A stretch of 64,000 bases of DNA from an uncultured Gemmatimonadales bacterium (GCA_963805725.1 CAWDVJ010000002.1:3545-67544); one strand, 5' to 3'. Positions 20,941-31,646 are shown, counted from the first letter of the stretch. Notes: generated by a model from the letters alone, not told the origin. Translations and numbers: made by a program.

Positions 20941-21984
20941 ATGCGCTGGCCTTTCCTCGGAACCAGATCGCAGTCCCTATTCCCGACGAACGCGGTTGCC
21001 GTTGATCTCGGCACAGCGAATACGCTCATCTACGTCCAGGGCGCGGGCATCGTGCTCAACGAGCCCTCGGTCGTGGCGCTCGATCGCGAGACCAGGAACA
21101 TCAAGGCCGTCGGGCTCGACGCCAAACGCATGCTCGGCCGCACCCCGGCTGGCGTGCTCGCTGTGCGACCCATGAAGGACGGCGTGATCGCCGACTTCGA
21201 CGTCACTGAGCAGATGCTGCGCCACTTCCTGACGCTCGTCATTGGAAAGCATGTATTCAGGAGAAAGCCTCGCGTCGTTGTGTGCGTCCCGTCAGGTATT
21301 ACGGAGGTGGAACGGCGTGCCGTCCGCGACGCCGCCGTCGGCGCTGGGGCTAGCGATGTGTTCATGGTTGCCGAACCGATAGCCGCGGCGATCGGCGTCG
21401 GCCTCCCGGTGGAGGCACCGACCGGCAACATGGTGATCGACATCGGGGGTGGCACCACCGAGATTGCGGTCATCGCGCTGTCCGGCATTGTCAGCAACAC
21501 GTCGATCCGGACCGGCGGCGATGAGCTCGACATTTCGATCGTGCAGTTCGTGCGCAGGAATTACAACTTGCTGATCGGTGAGCCCACAGCCGAGCTGATC
21601 AAGATGCAGATCGGATCGGCCGTGCCAGTGGGCGAAGAGCAAACAATGGACGTCAAGGGGCGCGACCTCATCTCGGGTATCCCGAAAACCGTCACTGTCC
21701 ATTCCGCGGAAATCCGCGAGGCGCTCCAGGAGTCGATTCAGCAGATCGTCGACGCCGTCCGGCGCGCACTCGAGATCACGCCGCCCGAGCTCGCGAGCGA
21801 CATTGTCGATCGCGGAATCGTCTTGACGGGCGGCGGGGCGTTGATCCGCGGCCTGGACCTGCTCCTGAGCCAGGAGACGAGCCTGCCGATCCACGTCGAC
21901 GAGGATCCTCTGACGTGTGTCGTCCGCGGCGCCGGTCGCATACTCGACGACCAGGAGAAGTACTGGTCTCTTCTGAGCAGTTGA
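20941..21984 (+). CDS. mreB: rod shape-determining protein MreB
   Basis: 347 aa. [84 protein letters not shown]. Confidence 0.95.
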   Translation: MRWPFLGTRSQSLFPTNAVAVDLGTANTLIYVQGAGIVLNEPSVVALDRETRNIKAVGLDAKRMLGRTPAGVLAVRPMKDGVIADFDVTEQMLRHFLTLVIGKHVFRRKPRVVVCVPSGITEVERRAVRDAAVGAGASDVFMVAEPIAAAIGVGLPVEAPTGNMVIDIGGGTTEIAVIALSGIVSNTSIRTGGDELDISIVQFVRRNYNLLIGEPTAELIKMQIGSAVPVGEEQTMDVKGRDLISGIPKTVTVHSAEIREALQESIQQIVDAVRRALEITPPELASDIVDRGIVLTGGGALIRGLDLLLSQETSLPIHVDEDPLTCVVRGAGRILDDQEKYWSLLSS

Positions 21985-22099
21985 ACCCTGAGCGTGCGTG
22001 GTCGCGAGAAGAATCGCAGCCATCGCGTCACCCGCTACAATGGTCTCACGGGCTCAGGCAGTTCTGTCACAGGACCCGGAATTTGCGACAATGCGCCGC

Positions 22100-22606
22100 T
22101 CAGCGCGATCGTCGCGCGCGGATCTTGGCAAGCGTCCGAGTCCAGACCAGTTGCCACAGCGAGGCGCGGCGCGGCGGTCCGGCGTTGCGCATTGGCTCTC
22201 GTGCCGCAGCACCAAGGTGCTGCAATCGTTGCAAGCTGTCCATGGCGATTGCACGCTGCACGAGGTAGTGCTCGAGAAGGGCGGCCTCCGCTCGTCGATG
22301 CCCGGCGGCCGGGTCGCCTGTGACGGCAGAGTCAGTCGCAGCGGTGGCATCCACGTGACCCCGGCGAAAGAGCGTATCAATTGCATCGAGCGACTCGGTG
22401 GCTCGGCCGGCATCGTCTTGGCCTTGGGCCAGCCCTCGCGTCAACACACCGAGCTCCGCGATCTCGGCCGGGGACCACGGAACGCGCCCGCGGGGCGGAA
22501 GGCTCTGATTCGGGAGTTCCGCTACGTATCCCTGCAGCCGGATGGACAGATAGCGAAGCTCCCCCGCTGCTTCGCCCCACGCTCGCCGGTCGGCGGGCGA
22601 AATCAC
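22100..22606 (-). CDS. hypothetical protein
   Basis: 168-aa ORF with protein-like composition and GC3 around 75 %. No family recognised. The overlapping plus-strand 221-aa ORF is Arg/Ser-rich. Confidence 0.45.
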   Translation of the reverse strand: MISPADRRAWGEAAGELRYLSIRLQGYVAELPNQSLPPRGRVPWSPAEIAELGVLTRGLAQGQDDAGRATESLDAIDTLFRRGHVDATAATDSAVTGDPAAGHRRAEAALLEHYLVQRAIAMDSLQRLQHLGAAAREPMRNAGPPRRASLWQLVWTRTLAKIRARRSR

Positions 22607-22714
22607 GACCGAACGGGACCCGGGGTCCGCATAATCAGCTCGTCACCTGGTATGAGACATTGACAACCTACGAGAGTCCATCCTTTCTATTGCAGCATAG
22701 CACAATGCGCGCGT

Positions 22715-22987
22715 GTGAGCACGACGACGTGGCGCAACGGACCCCAGCATGACACGGTGGCGGCAAGGCGGCGCCCTTTTGTTCTGGCCGGCGTCGGCAT
22801 CGATCTTCAGAATAACTATCCCTCCAAGCAATCCTCGGCGGGACCGATGGTCCCGCTTGGCGGAGGTGTCCGGTGGGTGGTTGGCTCGGGCAGCGTGATT
22901 TTCCTGGAAGCAACGAGCTATCTGGTGTTCCGACCTGTGGCGACCCGAGACGTGCCGTTACTCGCCGGGTTCAAGGTGAGACTCTGA
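22715..22987 (+). CDS. possible small outer-membrane beta-barrel (OmpW/porin-family-like) C-terminal fragment
   Basis: FVLAGVGIDLQ...GGGVRWVVGSGSVIFLEATSYLVFRPVATRDVPLLAGFKVRL-stop has alternating hydrophobic beta-strand character. No signal peptide in frame. Confidence 0.25.
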   Translation: MSTTTWRNGPQHDTVAARRRPFVLAGVGIDLQNNYPSKQSSAGPMVPLGGGVRWVVGSGSVIFLEATSYLVFRPVATRDVPLLAGFKVRL

Positions 22988-23000
22988 TGCCGCAACGCAC

Positions 23001-24585
23001 CTACGTCGCGCGCGGCGGGGCTACGAAGCGGCGTGACTGCCGTTCGTATCCGTGCGCCAGCGCCAGCACGCGCGCATCCTCACCGGGCAGGCCCACGATT
23101 GACAGATTGAGTGCCGGCATCCCATCTGCGCCGATTCCTGCCGGCACGGACACCTCGGGGAGACCAAGCCAGTTGCCGTAGCCGAGCGCTGTCGGGATAT
23201 CCGGCCAGGGCTCGAGGGCGCGCGGAGCGTTGAAGGGCATGGTAGGGTACACCATGGCGGCGACGCCGGCCGTGCGCATCGACGTTGCGAGCGCCGCCAG
23301 CACGGTAGCGCGCGAACGAGCGAAGGATCGCCCCGCCGGATCGTCGGCCATCGGCCGGTCCAGCAGCGGGGCGCACTGCTCGAATGTGGCAGGGAGCACA
23401 TTCATAGAAATCGCGATACGCCGTGTACCCGAGTCGCACCGCCGCGCGCGGGTCAGATGTGCGGCCAGCGAAATAGCGGAGCAGAGCGTTGACCGTGGGA
23501 GCCGGTGATTTCGGGTCCACGACCACGTCGCCCCGGTCGCGAGCGGCGGCGGCAAACGCCTCATGCACTGTGGCGCGGTCGACCGCCGGGGCAAAGCTCT
23601 CCACGGTCGCGCCCCCGGCGCGCAGATCGCTTACGGCTCGGTCCCAGATGGCGAGAGCCTCGGCGGTCATCTGTGCCCGTGGGACGTGCGCGTCGACGAG
23701 CCCCAACCGGACTCGCGCGAGTGCGTCGTCCCGTAGAGCCGCGATGGATGCGCCGTCCCGCGTGTTGGCGCGCGTGAGCGGGTCCAACGGGTCGGCGCCC
23801 GCCACCACCGCAAGCAGCAACGCTGCGTCGGCCACCGTCCGCGCGAGCGGTCCGTGCGTGTCGAGATATGGCCAGGTCGGGATTACACCTGAGCGCGCGA
23901 CGAGTCCGAAGGTCGGTTTCATCCCCACCACGCCGGTGAACTGCGCCGGGATGCGGTTGGAACCGCCGTCATCGGTCCCCAGCGCCGCAAACGCCATTCC
24001 GGCCGCGACCGCGACCGCCGATCCCGCACTCGAGCCGCCCGGCGTCCGCGTATGCGTTGGGTCGTGCGGATTCAGTACCTGGCCCGTGTGGCTGCTGGTC
24101 CCGTTGCCGCCATATGCGAAGTCGTCGGCCGCGGTCTTCCCGAGGACGATGGCCCCGGCGGCCCGGAGTCGCGCCACCTCGACGGCGTCACGCGACACGG
24201 TATCGGGGAAGGAGCGCGCCCACTCGGCGTTGGAGCCGGTGGTGGGGAGACCGACCATATCGTAGATCGCCTTGGCGAAGACCGGCACGCCGTCGAGTGG
24301 TCCACGCATGCGACCCGCGCGTTGGCGCACATCGGCGGCGCGCGCGTCGGCCGCCACGGAATGGGCAAGCGCGTCAATGGCCCGCCAGGTGTACCCCTGC
24401 GTCTGGCACCGGTCGAGCGCACGAGCGCTCACTTGACCGGCAGTCCACGCGCCCCGATGCCGACCCGCCTGGTACGCGGCGATGGTGGCATCGAGGGGGT
24501 CAGCATCATCACCAGCCCAGGACGAGACCGGGAGCGCAACGAGGGCGGCCAGTTGGGCGAGCGCTTCGCGTCGGGTCACAGACAT
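23001..24585 (-). CDS. amidase (amidase-signature family), Tat-type signal; 1 frame change
   Basis: MSVTRREALAQLAALVALP signal. AS signature GGSSAGSAVAVAAGMAFAALGTDDGGSNRIPA. The C-terminal third (MNVLPATFEQ...LNLSIVGLPGEDARVLALAHGYE) is in the frame of 23001..23594. Frame change near 23405. Confidence 0.85.
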
Positions 24586-24669
24586 TGATTCTCGCTCATC
24601 TCCCGATCGCGAGCCAGTTTCTGGGGACTATTCGTGACGGATCGCGCAGTCCCCTCCTGGGGCCGAGCG

Positions 24670-25122
24670 TTAACCGTCCGTGAGATCGGTGCTCTGTCCG
24701 ACCTCGATGATATAACCGTCAGGATCGCGGATGTAACAGCGAATCTCGCCGTACTTGGCAATCGGTTCGGTGAGGAACTCGGCTCCTCGATTTTTCCACA
24801 GTTCATAGCACGCTTGAATATCCGCAACGCGGATATTCATAAAGCTGCTGATCCTGTCCGGGTCGGCGGGAACGTCGAGCGTCACAGTCGGTTTGTCCGG
24901 GGTGGGCCCGCCCCCGACGTTGACAATGAGCCACGTATTCGCGATCTGAATGTGCCCAGACGCACCCTTGCTATCGCCTCTGCTCAGAACGCGGCCGCCG
25001 AAGACCCTTTCATAGAAGCGAGCCGATCGGTCGATGTCAGCAACGGTGATGAACTGTGTGACGGTGAACCCGTCGCGCGGGGGCATCTCATAGCTCTTCT
25101 GTTCGACTTGTGCGGCGTTCAT
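24670..25122 (-). CDS. VOC family (glyoxalase/bleomycin resistance) protein
   Basis: ATG 25122 preceded by AAGGAG. FITVADIDRSARFYERVFGG and CYIRDPDGYIIEV. Confidence 0.85.
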   Translation of the reverse strand: MNAAQVEQKSYEMPPRDGFTVTQFITVADIDRSARFYERVFGGRVLSRGDSKGASGHIQIANTWLIVNVGGGPTPDKPTVTLDVPADPDRISSFMNIRVADIQACYELWKNRGAEFLTEPIAKYGEIRCYIRDPDGYIIEVGQSTDLTDG

Positions 25123-25165
25123 TGATGCTCCTTTCGACATAGCGCGCAGCGGACTCGCGACTGAG

Positions 25166-26371
25166 TCACTCGGAGTAGTCCACCGGGAGCTCATGGCTCG
25201 CGTCGTTGTAGAGGATGCCGATCAACGGAATGCCAGGCTCGGCTACTGCGTCTGAGCGACGAGCCATGACCTCGCCGGCCACCCCGCTCGTGTATTCGGC
25301 CACTACGTCGCCAAACGTATTTCGCTGGATGGCAACCTTCTGCCCAACTTTGACCTTGTCCTTCAACTTGACCAGAAGCTCCACGAATCCGCCATGAGTT
25401 GCAAGGATGGTGTGCCCACTGTTGGCGATGAAGATGTCCGTATCCCTCCCGGTGCGGCCCATCTGACCGGAGAGAATCCCGTGGTGCTTGAGCACATTCA
25501 TTGTGCCTTCGACGAACAAGGGGATCATGTTGAGGTCCAGGACGCGCGAAGCGCCAATCTCTGGCGTGAGTGCCGGGATGCCCACATCGATGAATGCGTT
25601 CGCGAGCAGTGTGGGATAGGCGGCGTTGTCGAAGATCTGGTCGATGGGAAAGAGCTCCGCCATCGCCCGCACCTCAGGCAATTCCATCCGGGCGAGATTG
25701 AACGCTGTCACATCCATACCTGTCGTCCCGGTATGAAAATCGAGGGCGTAGTCGGCGTTCGGTTTGAAGAGTTTGTTGAACAGGATGCCAGCGTGCCGGC
25801 TGGCAGCACTGGCACCATTCTCATTTCCGGGCCATTCGCGGTTGATGTCAATGAGGTCGATTCCTCTTCCTGAATTCGGCCATCTGCGCGCCATGCCTTC
25901 CAGGGCCGGACGGGATACGTCAGGGACTGCCACGACCGTACCCGACATCTGGGCAGGATCGAGCTGGCTCATGACGGTTTGGATCGTGTGCACCGAACTG
26001 ATCTCATCGCCGTGCACACCACTGGTGAGAGCGATGCGCTTACCCGGCTTCGCCCCCGCGGCGACTAGCACTGATACATACCAGTGCTGACCCGTTGGCA
26101 TTTGCACACCCTCGAAATAGAACGCGTGCTTCTTGCCACGTTCCAGATCATTCACGTCGAGAACGCTGATGACTTTCTTCCCATCGATCACATCGCCGGT
26201 GTAGACCGTTTTTTGTGGTGCACCCGGTGCTGGGCCAACGGGCGACGCTTTGGTGTCCTGGGCATTCGCAGTGCCGGCACTGCTCGCAAGAATGGCCGAC
26301 GTGCCAACCAGGCCGATGGCCGCAACTATGAAGTCACGGCGATCGAGGCCGTCCTTTTGTTCGTTCGGCAT
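25166..26371 (-). CDS. succinylglutamate desuccinylase/aspartoacylase family protein, Tat-secreted
   Basis: 401 aa. Twin-arginine signal RRDFIVAAIGLVG. GVHGDEISS, INREWPGN, LDFHTG. Confidence 0.85.
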   Translation of the reverse strand: MPNEQKDGLDRRDFIVAAIGLVGTSAILASSAGTANAQDTKASPVGPAPGAPQKTVYTGDVIDGKKVISVLDVNDLERGKKHAFYFEGVQMPTGQHWYVSVLVAAGAKPGKRIALTSGVHGDEISSVHTIQTVMSQLDPAQMSGTVVAVPDVSRPALEGMARRWPNSGRGIDLIDINREWPGNENGASAASRHAGILFNKLFKPNADYALDFHTGTTGMDVTAFNLARMELPEVRAMAELFPIDQIFDNAAYPTLLANAFIDVGIPALTPEIGASRVLDLNMIPLFVEGTMNVLKHHGILSGQMGRTGRDTDIFIANSGHTILATHGGFVELLVKLKDKVKVGQKVAIQRNTFGDVVAEYTSGVAGEVMARRSDAVAEPGIPLIGILYNDASHELPVDYSE

Positions 26372-26706
26372 GGTGCAGGCTCCGTACGTTGCGTACGAGT
26401 CAGGGCGCTGGTCCCTACCGTCACGCAGTCAGAGAACGTGGCGTTGTGACGCAGGACGCGTCATGGCTATTCCATTACGCGTCTCATGGATCCGGGCTGT
26501 CTCCCGGAAGCACTACTCGATCAAAGCAGCCAGGCCGCCTACGTGCCATTCGACCTAGGTCGTCACTCGCCGCAACGTTGTGAATGACTACGCAGAAGGG
26601 ACGAGACGGGGGCCGCGCCTTCTGGGCGCCAGCTCACGGGTGGTGCAGGTACTCTTGAGCCCCGCAGAAGAACCGCCTCAGCACAATGCGTGGTAGCGCA
26701 TCGCCG

Positions 26707-27540
26707 TTAGAAATCCTGCATGAGCATGAGTTTGATCACGGTCCTGTCGGTCGCCGGTGTAAAGCCGTGGCTCACGCCGAATTCGAGACCGTGAGAGCTC
26801 GTGCCGATGTCCACCACAGCAAACAGTGATTGCATTTGCTCACTCGGGCTATCAAAGCCACTGACTGCGCCGAAATCGGCATAGTGCTCCAGTGCAAAAG
26901 CGAGACGCTGGCTCACGTTGTAGGCGACCCGTTCTGACGGTGCGAAATCGAGGTTTCGAAAGCCGTTGTAATACGTATCGAGAATCGGATTGACGATGAG
27001 ATCCCATGGACCCAGATGGGTACCGATGATTGGCCGGATCTCCCCGGAGAAGCGATGGGTATCCCACTGTGGTCGGTTGTAGCTGTATTCGAAATTGATG
27101 CCATAAAAGACTGTGCGATCGGCCGCATGCGGTACTACGAACAGCGTGCGCAGCTTGACCCCGTCGAAGAGCAGCCGGCCATCGCTCGCGAGCGTGTAGA
27201 TCGGCACATAGGCGCCCGCCTCGAACCAGTCCGTGACGCCGTAGGCCCACTCCGGTACGCCATTGAGGGCATGATTCGGTATCACAGCGCCTGGGAAAGC
27301 CTGCGTCGTGCGACCCGATGGCGTGAAGTTATTGTGCCAGGTGAGATTCCACCCGCCCACCCCAACGATCTCGGCGTCGTAGACCTGAATCTCATCGGTC
27401 TGCGCGACCACAGGTCGCGTCACACACAGCAGGAGTGGGAGCCATAACAGCTGCCGGTACGTGCTCGTGACCCTGTGAATACGGGCCAGTACAGCCATCA
27501 CCCGATCGCCACGGCGCTGCACGAATTTGTCGATCCGCAT
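26707..27540 (-). CDS. outer-membrane beta-barrel 'transporter' (MetA-pathway/phenol-degradation-like family)
   Basis: 277 aa. Signal (LLWLPLLLCVTRPVVAQ), beta-rich body, C-terminal ...LMLMQDF ending in Phe. ATG 27498 is an alternative start. Confidence 0.7.
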   Translation of the reverse strand: MRIDKFVQRRGDRVMAVLARIHRVTSTYRQLLWLPLLLCVTRPVVAQTDEIQVYDAEIVGVGGWNLTWHNNFTPSGRTTQAFPGAVIPNHALNGVPEWAYGVTDWFEAGAYVPIYTLASDGRLLFDGVKLRTLFVVPHAADRTVFYGINFEYSYNRPQWDTHRFSGEIRPIIGTHLGPWDLIVNPILDTYYNGFRNLDFAPSERVAYNVSQRLAFALEHYADFGAVSGFDSPSEQMQSLFAVVDIGTSSHGLEFGVSHGFTPATDRTVIKLMLMQDF

Positions 27541-27949
27541 ATGCCAATGTTACGGCATTCGCCGATACTCGGGGAGCGCGGCGACTCACGCGTGAGAGGC
27601 CGCCAATGGTCGGCAACGGGCATTTCTGCACGGCACCGGTCCACCGGGATGCCCGGGTGGACTCGGCGCCTGTGACAAGCCAGCACCCCGACCCAAGACG
27701 GCGGATTCAACTGTTCCCGTAAATCCCCCGGCGGTTGCCGCCGCCGTCCCCTGTGGACTCTGTACAGACGCATTTCACGTGCATTGCGACAGTGCGTGGC
27801 GCGCATCCTGCGCCTGGGACCAGTCTGCCGCCGGGCACTGTCACGACGGCGGACAGCGTTCCACGCTCAGCGCGGTTGGTCATCGCATGCGCGCGGTGCT
27901 AGGAGAATGCGCGCGCACAATCGAGGGAGGCGAGGAAGGAGATACGCAC

Positions 27950-28726
27950 ATGCCGTCCGACGCATCACATGACTCGACTCAACGGGCCCGTTTAACCACG
28001 CGCGAGTTGCCCGGGAGCGACCGACGGGAGTTCCTCCGCCTGGTTGGCCTCGGCGCCGCAGCGGCCTGTCTACCGGGCTTGCTCAGCGCCTGCAGCACCG
28101 CAGCGGCCACGTCGCCGGTCAGTTCCACGCCGCCTGCGGACACCACGGCCAAGGCCTCGGGCCCCCCGAAGATTACGCTCGATTTCAGCACCGACTACGG
28201 CGTGCTGAACCTCGCATACCTGCTCGAGCAGGTGGCGTCTGCGTTCTACACAGAGGTGAACAAGGCGCCGCCGCCGAACATGGATAGCCACGAGCAGTAT
28301 GTGCTGCAGCAGATCGCGGTTCACGAGGCCATCCACGTGAGCTTCTTCAAGACGGCCCTCGGCAACCATGGCATCCCGCAGGCCACCCTCAACTTTGCGA
28401 CCGTGAACTTCAAAGACCGGGACAATGTGCTCATTACCGCGAAGACTCTCGAGGATTTGGACGTTGGAGCATACAATGGGGCTGCGCCGTTTCTGCAGAG
28501 CGCAACCAACCTCACGCTTGTGGCGAAGATCGTCTCCGTGGAGGCGCGGCACGCTGCGGCGGTGCGGGACCTCCTGGCGCCTCGGACGAGCGCCTTCGCA
28601 GGAAGCGATGTCATCAACGCCGAAGGCTTCGACCAGGCTTTGCTCCCGTCCAATGTGCTGACGTCGGTCGCGCCGTACGTCAAGAATCAAATCGTGCTCA
28701 CCAACGTCCCCTCGGCTACGGCGTAA
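27950..28726 (+). CDS. ferritin-like (Ferritin_2-type) domain protein, Tat signal
   Basis: ATG 27950 after GGAGGCGAGGAAGGA. SDRREFLRLVGLGAAAACLPGLLSAC signal. LNLAYLLEQVASAFY, HEAIHVSFF, VSVEARHAAAVRDLL. Confidence 0.85.
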   Translation: MPSDASHDSTQRARLTTRELPGSDRREFLRLVGLGAAAACLPGLLSACSTAAATSPVSSTPPADTTAKASGPPKITLDFSTDYGVLNLAYLLEQVASAFYTEVNKAPPPNMDSHEQYVLQQIAVHEAIHVSFFKTALGNHGIPQATLNFATVNFKDRDNVLITAKTLEDLDVGAYNGAAPFLQSATNLTLVAKIVSVEARHAAAVRDLLAPRTSAFAGSDVINAEGFDQALLPSNVLTSVAPYVKNQIVLTNVPSATA

Positions 28727-28736
28727 GGAGCGACGA

Positions 28737-29585
28737 ATGGATCCGTACACTACCCCCTCCGAACCCGTTCTCGAGACGCTGGACCCGGAGATTCGCGCCC
28801 GTCTGGCGCAGCGGGAGGCAGAGATCGCGCACGGCGCGAGCGTTGCGCGCGTGACGGCGGCTGGTTTGGCCATGGCATCCGTGCCCGTCGCGCTCGCGGC
28901 ATTGGCGCGCGACGTGTTCGCGCAGGGAGGTCTCCCAGCCAACATCGTGTCCATTCTCAACTTTGCGCTGATGCACGAGTACATGGAGTCGACGTTGTAT
29001 AACTACGGCCTCTCCGAGCACTTTCAGGTCGTTCCGGGCGAAGACATCCCGCTGTTCCAGACCATCCAGGCACACGAGAACCTGCACAAGCAGTATCTCC
29101 TTGCCACTCTGGGCTCGGAGGCCGTTCGCGAGCCGTTTTTCGATTGGTCAGGTGGAGGCGGCACGTACAACGGCCCGTACCATGCGGCGTTCTACGAGTA
29201 CAACGAGTTCAAGGCGCTGTCGCAGTCCTTCGAGGACCTCGGCGTGCGGATGTACAAGGGGCTAGCGCCGGCTCTGATGGGGGAGCAACCCCTCCTGCTC
29301 GCCGCGCTGCAGATCCATTCGGTCGAGGCGCGGCACGCATGCGAGGTGCGGCGGCTCCGTGGCAACTTCCTCGACAATGTGCCCAACCGGGGGTGGATCA
29401 CGGGCAACCAGACGGACATCTCCCTCACCAGCGCGTTCTACGCCGCGGAAGAGAACACCGTCCAGGACGGCATCGACCTCGTGACGCTGCAATTCAGCGC
29501 GGCGGACGCGAGCGAGGCGTTCGACGAACCAATGACCATGCAGGAGGTGCAGGCGGCACTCGTCCCCTTCATAATCCCGCCGTAA
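28737..29585 (+). CDS. ferritin-like (Ferritin_2-type) domain protein
   Basis: 282 aa, starting 10 nt after the previous gene. ILNFALMHEYMESTLY, HENLHKQYL, IHSVEARHACEVRRL. Confidence 0.85.
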   Translation: MDPYTTPSEPVLETLDPEIRARLAQREAEIAHGASVARVTAAGLAMASVPVALAALARDVFAQGGLPANIVSILNFALMHEYMESTLYNYGLSEHFQVVPGEDIPLFQTIQAHENLHKQYLLATLGSEAVREPFFDWSGGGGTYNGPYHAAFYEYNEFKALSQSFEDLGVRMYKGLAPALMGEQPLLLAALQIHSVEARHACEVRRLRGNFLDNVPNRGWITGNQTDISLTSAFYAAEENTVQDGIDLVTLQFSAADASEAFDEPMTMQEVQAALVPFIIPP

Positions 29586-29643
29586 TGGCCCCATTGAGCG
29601 ACGCTCAGCCGGCCGTCCTTCCTCTTTTCTGCGTCGCTCCTTT

Positions 29644-29674
29644 CTATTGTGGCCCGCACAGCGGGCCACAATAG
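29644..29674. terminator. perfect 14-bp palindrome between convergent genes
   Basis: CTATTGTGGCCCGC-aca-GCGGGCCACAATAG. A second inverted repeat, GAGCGACGC...GCGTCGCTC, lies at 29596-29639. Confidence 0.6.
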
Positions 29675-29678
29675 GCCG

Positions 29679-31646
29679 TCACCGGCTGCGGGATTGGACG
29701 TCGGCGGTTGACTTGGCGGTGTTGCCCTGCCACGATGCGAGGATCTCGGCCTGCAGCACGTCGGGGTGGTCGATCGGCGTCATGTGGTAGCTCTCGTCCA
29801 TGCGGTGTGCCAGCGTCACGTCGATCGTCCGGTCGTGGCCGTCCCGGGAGATCCCGACCTTGACCACATCGCCGGGCTTCTTGGTCACGATATAGGCGCG
29901 CAGCGTCGCGCCCGGGGTCGTGGCGCCATCGATCGATTCGACTATGTCTCCTACTCGGAGGCCGGCGCGCTCCGCGGGTGACTTCTCCTTGACCGCCGTG
30001 ATCGCCACCTTGCCGTCGACGTCCTCGTCGATCGCGCCGAGGAAGGGATCCTTCGTCTCGACCGGCGGATCGACTCGCAGTCCAGCGTAGGCGAGATACT
30101 TGGGATAGTCGATCTCCTTGGTCGTGTTGGCGTACTGGAACACCTCGTCCAGCGGTGCGCCGGCCACGGCCTCGCATGCCTTCTGGAATTCCTCGTCGGT
30201 CCAGCCACGCTTCAGCTGCTTGTAGTACTTCTGGTAGAGATTGCGCATCACATTGTCGAGCGACTTCTGGTTCTTCGTGTCGTGGCGGATTGCGAAGTCG
30301 AGGACGAGACCCAGCAACGGCCCAGTGTTGTAGTAGGAGACCGTCTTGGAGATCGGGCCGGTCGATGGGATGCCGGGTTGCGCGGGGCCGCCAGGCGTCC
30401 CAGCACGGGTGCGCGCCCCAGTGGCTCCGCCACCGCCGGCGCCTCCCTGCCCCCGTCTAGCAAAGCTGTACTGCGTCCAAGTGTTCCAACTGTCCATGGC
30501 GGGCGACTCATAGAGATGGCCGGTGCCGTCTTCCACCGTTTTCATGTCTTTCGTGAAGCTGCCCAACAGATCATCCAGCGTCATGAGCCCGGCACGCGCC
30601 ACCAGCATGTACTCGTAATAGACCGTGAAGCCCTCCGAGACCCAGAGCATGTGCGTGCGGTTTTCCCGGTCGTAGTCGAAAGGCCCGAGCGCGATGGGGC
30701 GGATGCGCTTCACGTTGTAGGTGTGGAAGTACTCGTGCGCCAGGAAGCCAAGCTCGCGATTGCGCACCGGTCCCGGGGCGTCGTATGCGGGGTTCGCATG
30801 GAAGGGAACGGCCGCAGAGTTCAGGTGCTCGACGCCGCCGCCGCCAGCACCGTAGCCCAGGAACACATAGTGGGAGTACGGGATATCGCCCATCATCCGC
30901 GTGGCGACCTGCACGATGGCCTTCAGCTCGCCCATGAACTCGGCGCCGTCGAAGGCCTGTGCGTCCATGTTGTAGGCGACGAACTCGTGGCGCACACCCC
31001 CCACCTCGAAGGCCGGGAGTGAATCCAGATTGCCGATGAGAATTGGACTGTCGTACAGCGCGTCGTAATTGGGCGCCTCGTAGACGTGGCGCGCGCCTGG
31101 CGAGGCAGGATCGAGACCGGTGGCCACGTCTCGCCACCCAGCCGGCGGCTCAATGTCCACGGTCACGCGATGGTTGATGAGGCCCGCGGGATACATGAAG
31201 ACGCCGGTGCCGATCAGGAAGCCGTGCGAGCCGTCGAGATAGGGGCTGGCCACGAACGCCGTCGTGGCCAGTACGTCGTACGTCAGCGTCACCCTCGGGG
31301 CATTGGCCGTCCGCACACGCCAATCGTTGGGCGAGACCTTGTCGTTGACCGACACGCTGTCCCACCCGAGGGTATGCCCCGTGCCGTCCACGGCTTTGAA
31401 GTCTTTCACGTTGCGCGCGAAATCCATGATGCCGTAATAGCCTGGCGACCACACTGGCAGCTTGAAATCGATCGAGGATCCCGTCAGGCTGTCGCACTGC
31501 ATGACGACGTGATAGACCTGCGAGGCCGCATCCGGCATCGTCACCGTGAAGGCAATCGTCCCGCGCGCCTGTTGCGCCGAGGCCAACGAGGCCGACAACA
31601 ACAGGACGCCGACGCCGAACAGCATGCTGCGACCCATGTTCTTCAT
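29679..31646 (-). CDS. M61 family glycyl aminopeptidase with C-terminal PDZ domain
   Basis: 655 aa. Signal MLFGVGVLLLSASLASAQ. HEYFHTYNVKRIRP. PDZ-like GLRVGDIVESIDG. Confidence 0.9.
   Translation of the reverse strand: MKNMGRSMLFGVGVLLLSASLASAQQARGTIAFTVTMPDAASQVYHVVMQCDSLTGSSIDFKLPVWSPGYYGIMDFARNVKDFKAVDGTGHTLGWDSVSVNDKVSPNDWRVRTANAPRVTLTYDVLATTAFVASPYLDGSHGFLIGTGVFMYPAGLINHRVTVDIEPPAGWRDVATGLDPASPGARHVYEAPNYDALYDSPILIGNLDSLPAFEVGGVRHEFVAYNMDAQAFDGAEFMGELKAIVQVATRMMGDIPYSHYVFLGYGAGGGGVEHLNSAAVPFHANPAYDAPGPVRNRELGFLAHEYFHTYNVKRIRPIALGPFDYDRENRTHMLWVSEGFTVYYEYMLVARAGLMTLDDLLGSFTKDMKTVEDGTGHLYESPAMDSWNTWTQYSFARRGQGGAGGGGATGARTRAGTPGGPAQPGIPSTGPISKTVSYYNTGPLLGLVLDFAIRHDTKNQKSLDNVMRNLYQKYYKQLKRGWTDEEFQKACEAVAGAPLDEVFQYANTTKEIDYPKYLAYAGLRVDPPVETKDPFLGAIDEDVDGKVAITAVKEKSPAERAGLRVGDIVESIDGATTPGATLRAYIVTKKPGDVVKVGISRDGHDRTIDVTLAHRMDESYHMTPIDHPDVLQAEILASWQGNTAKSTADVQSRSR

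Noticed and set aside
21998-22663. 221-aa plus-strand ORF after mreB
   Set aside because: The product is Arg/Ser/Gly-rich. The overlapping minus-strand ORF 22100..22606 has a more protein-like composition, so I kept that one, with low confidence.
28070-28984. 304-aa minus-strand ORF across the two ferritin-like genes
   Set aside because: The composition is Arg-rich and it spans an intergenic gap of the plus-strand genes. The plus strand has conserved ferritin-like motifs and a Tat signal.
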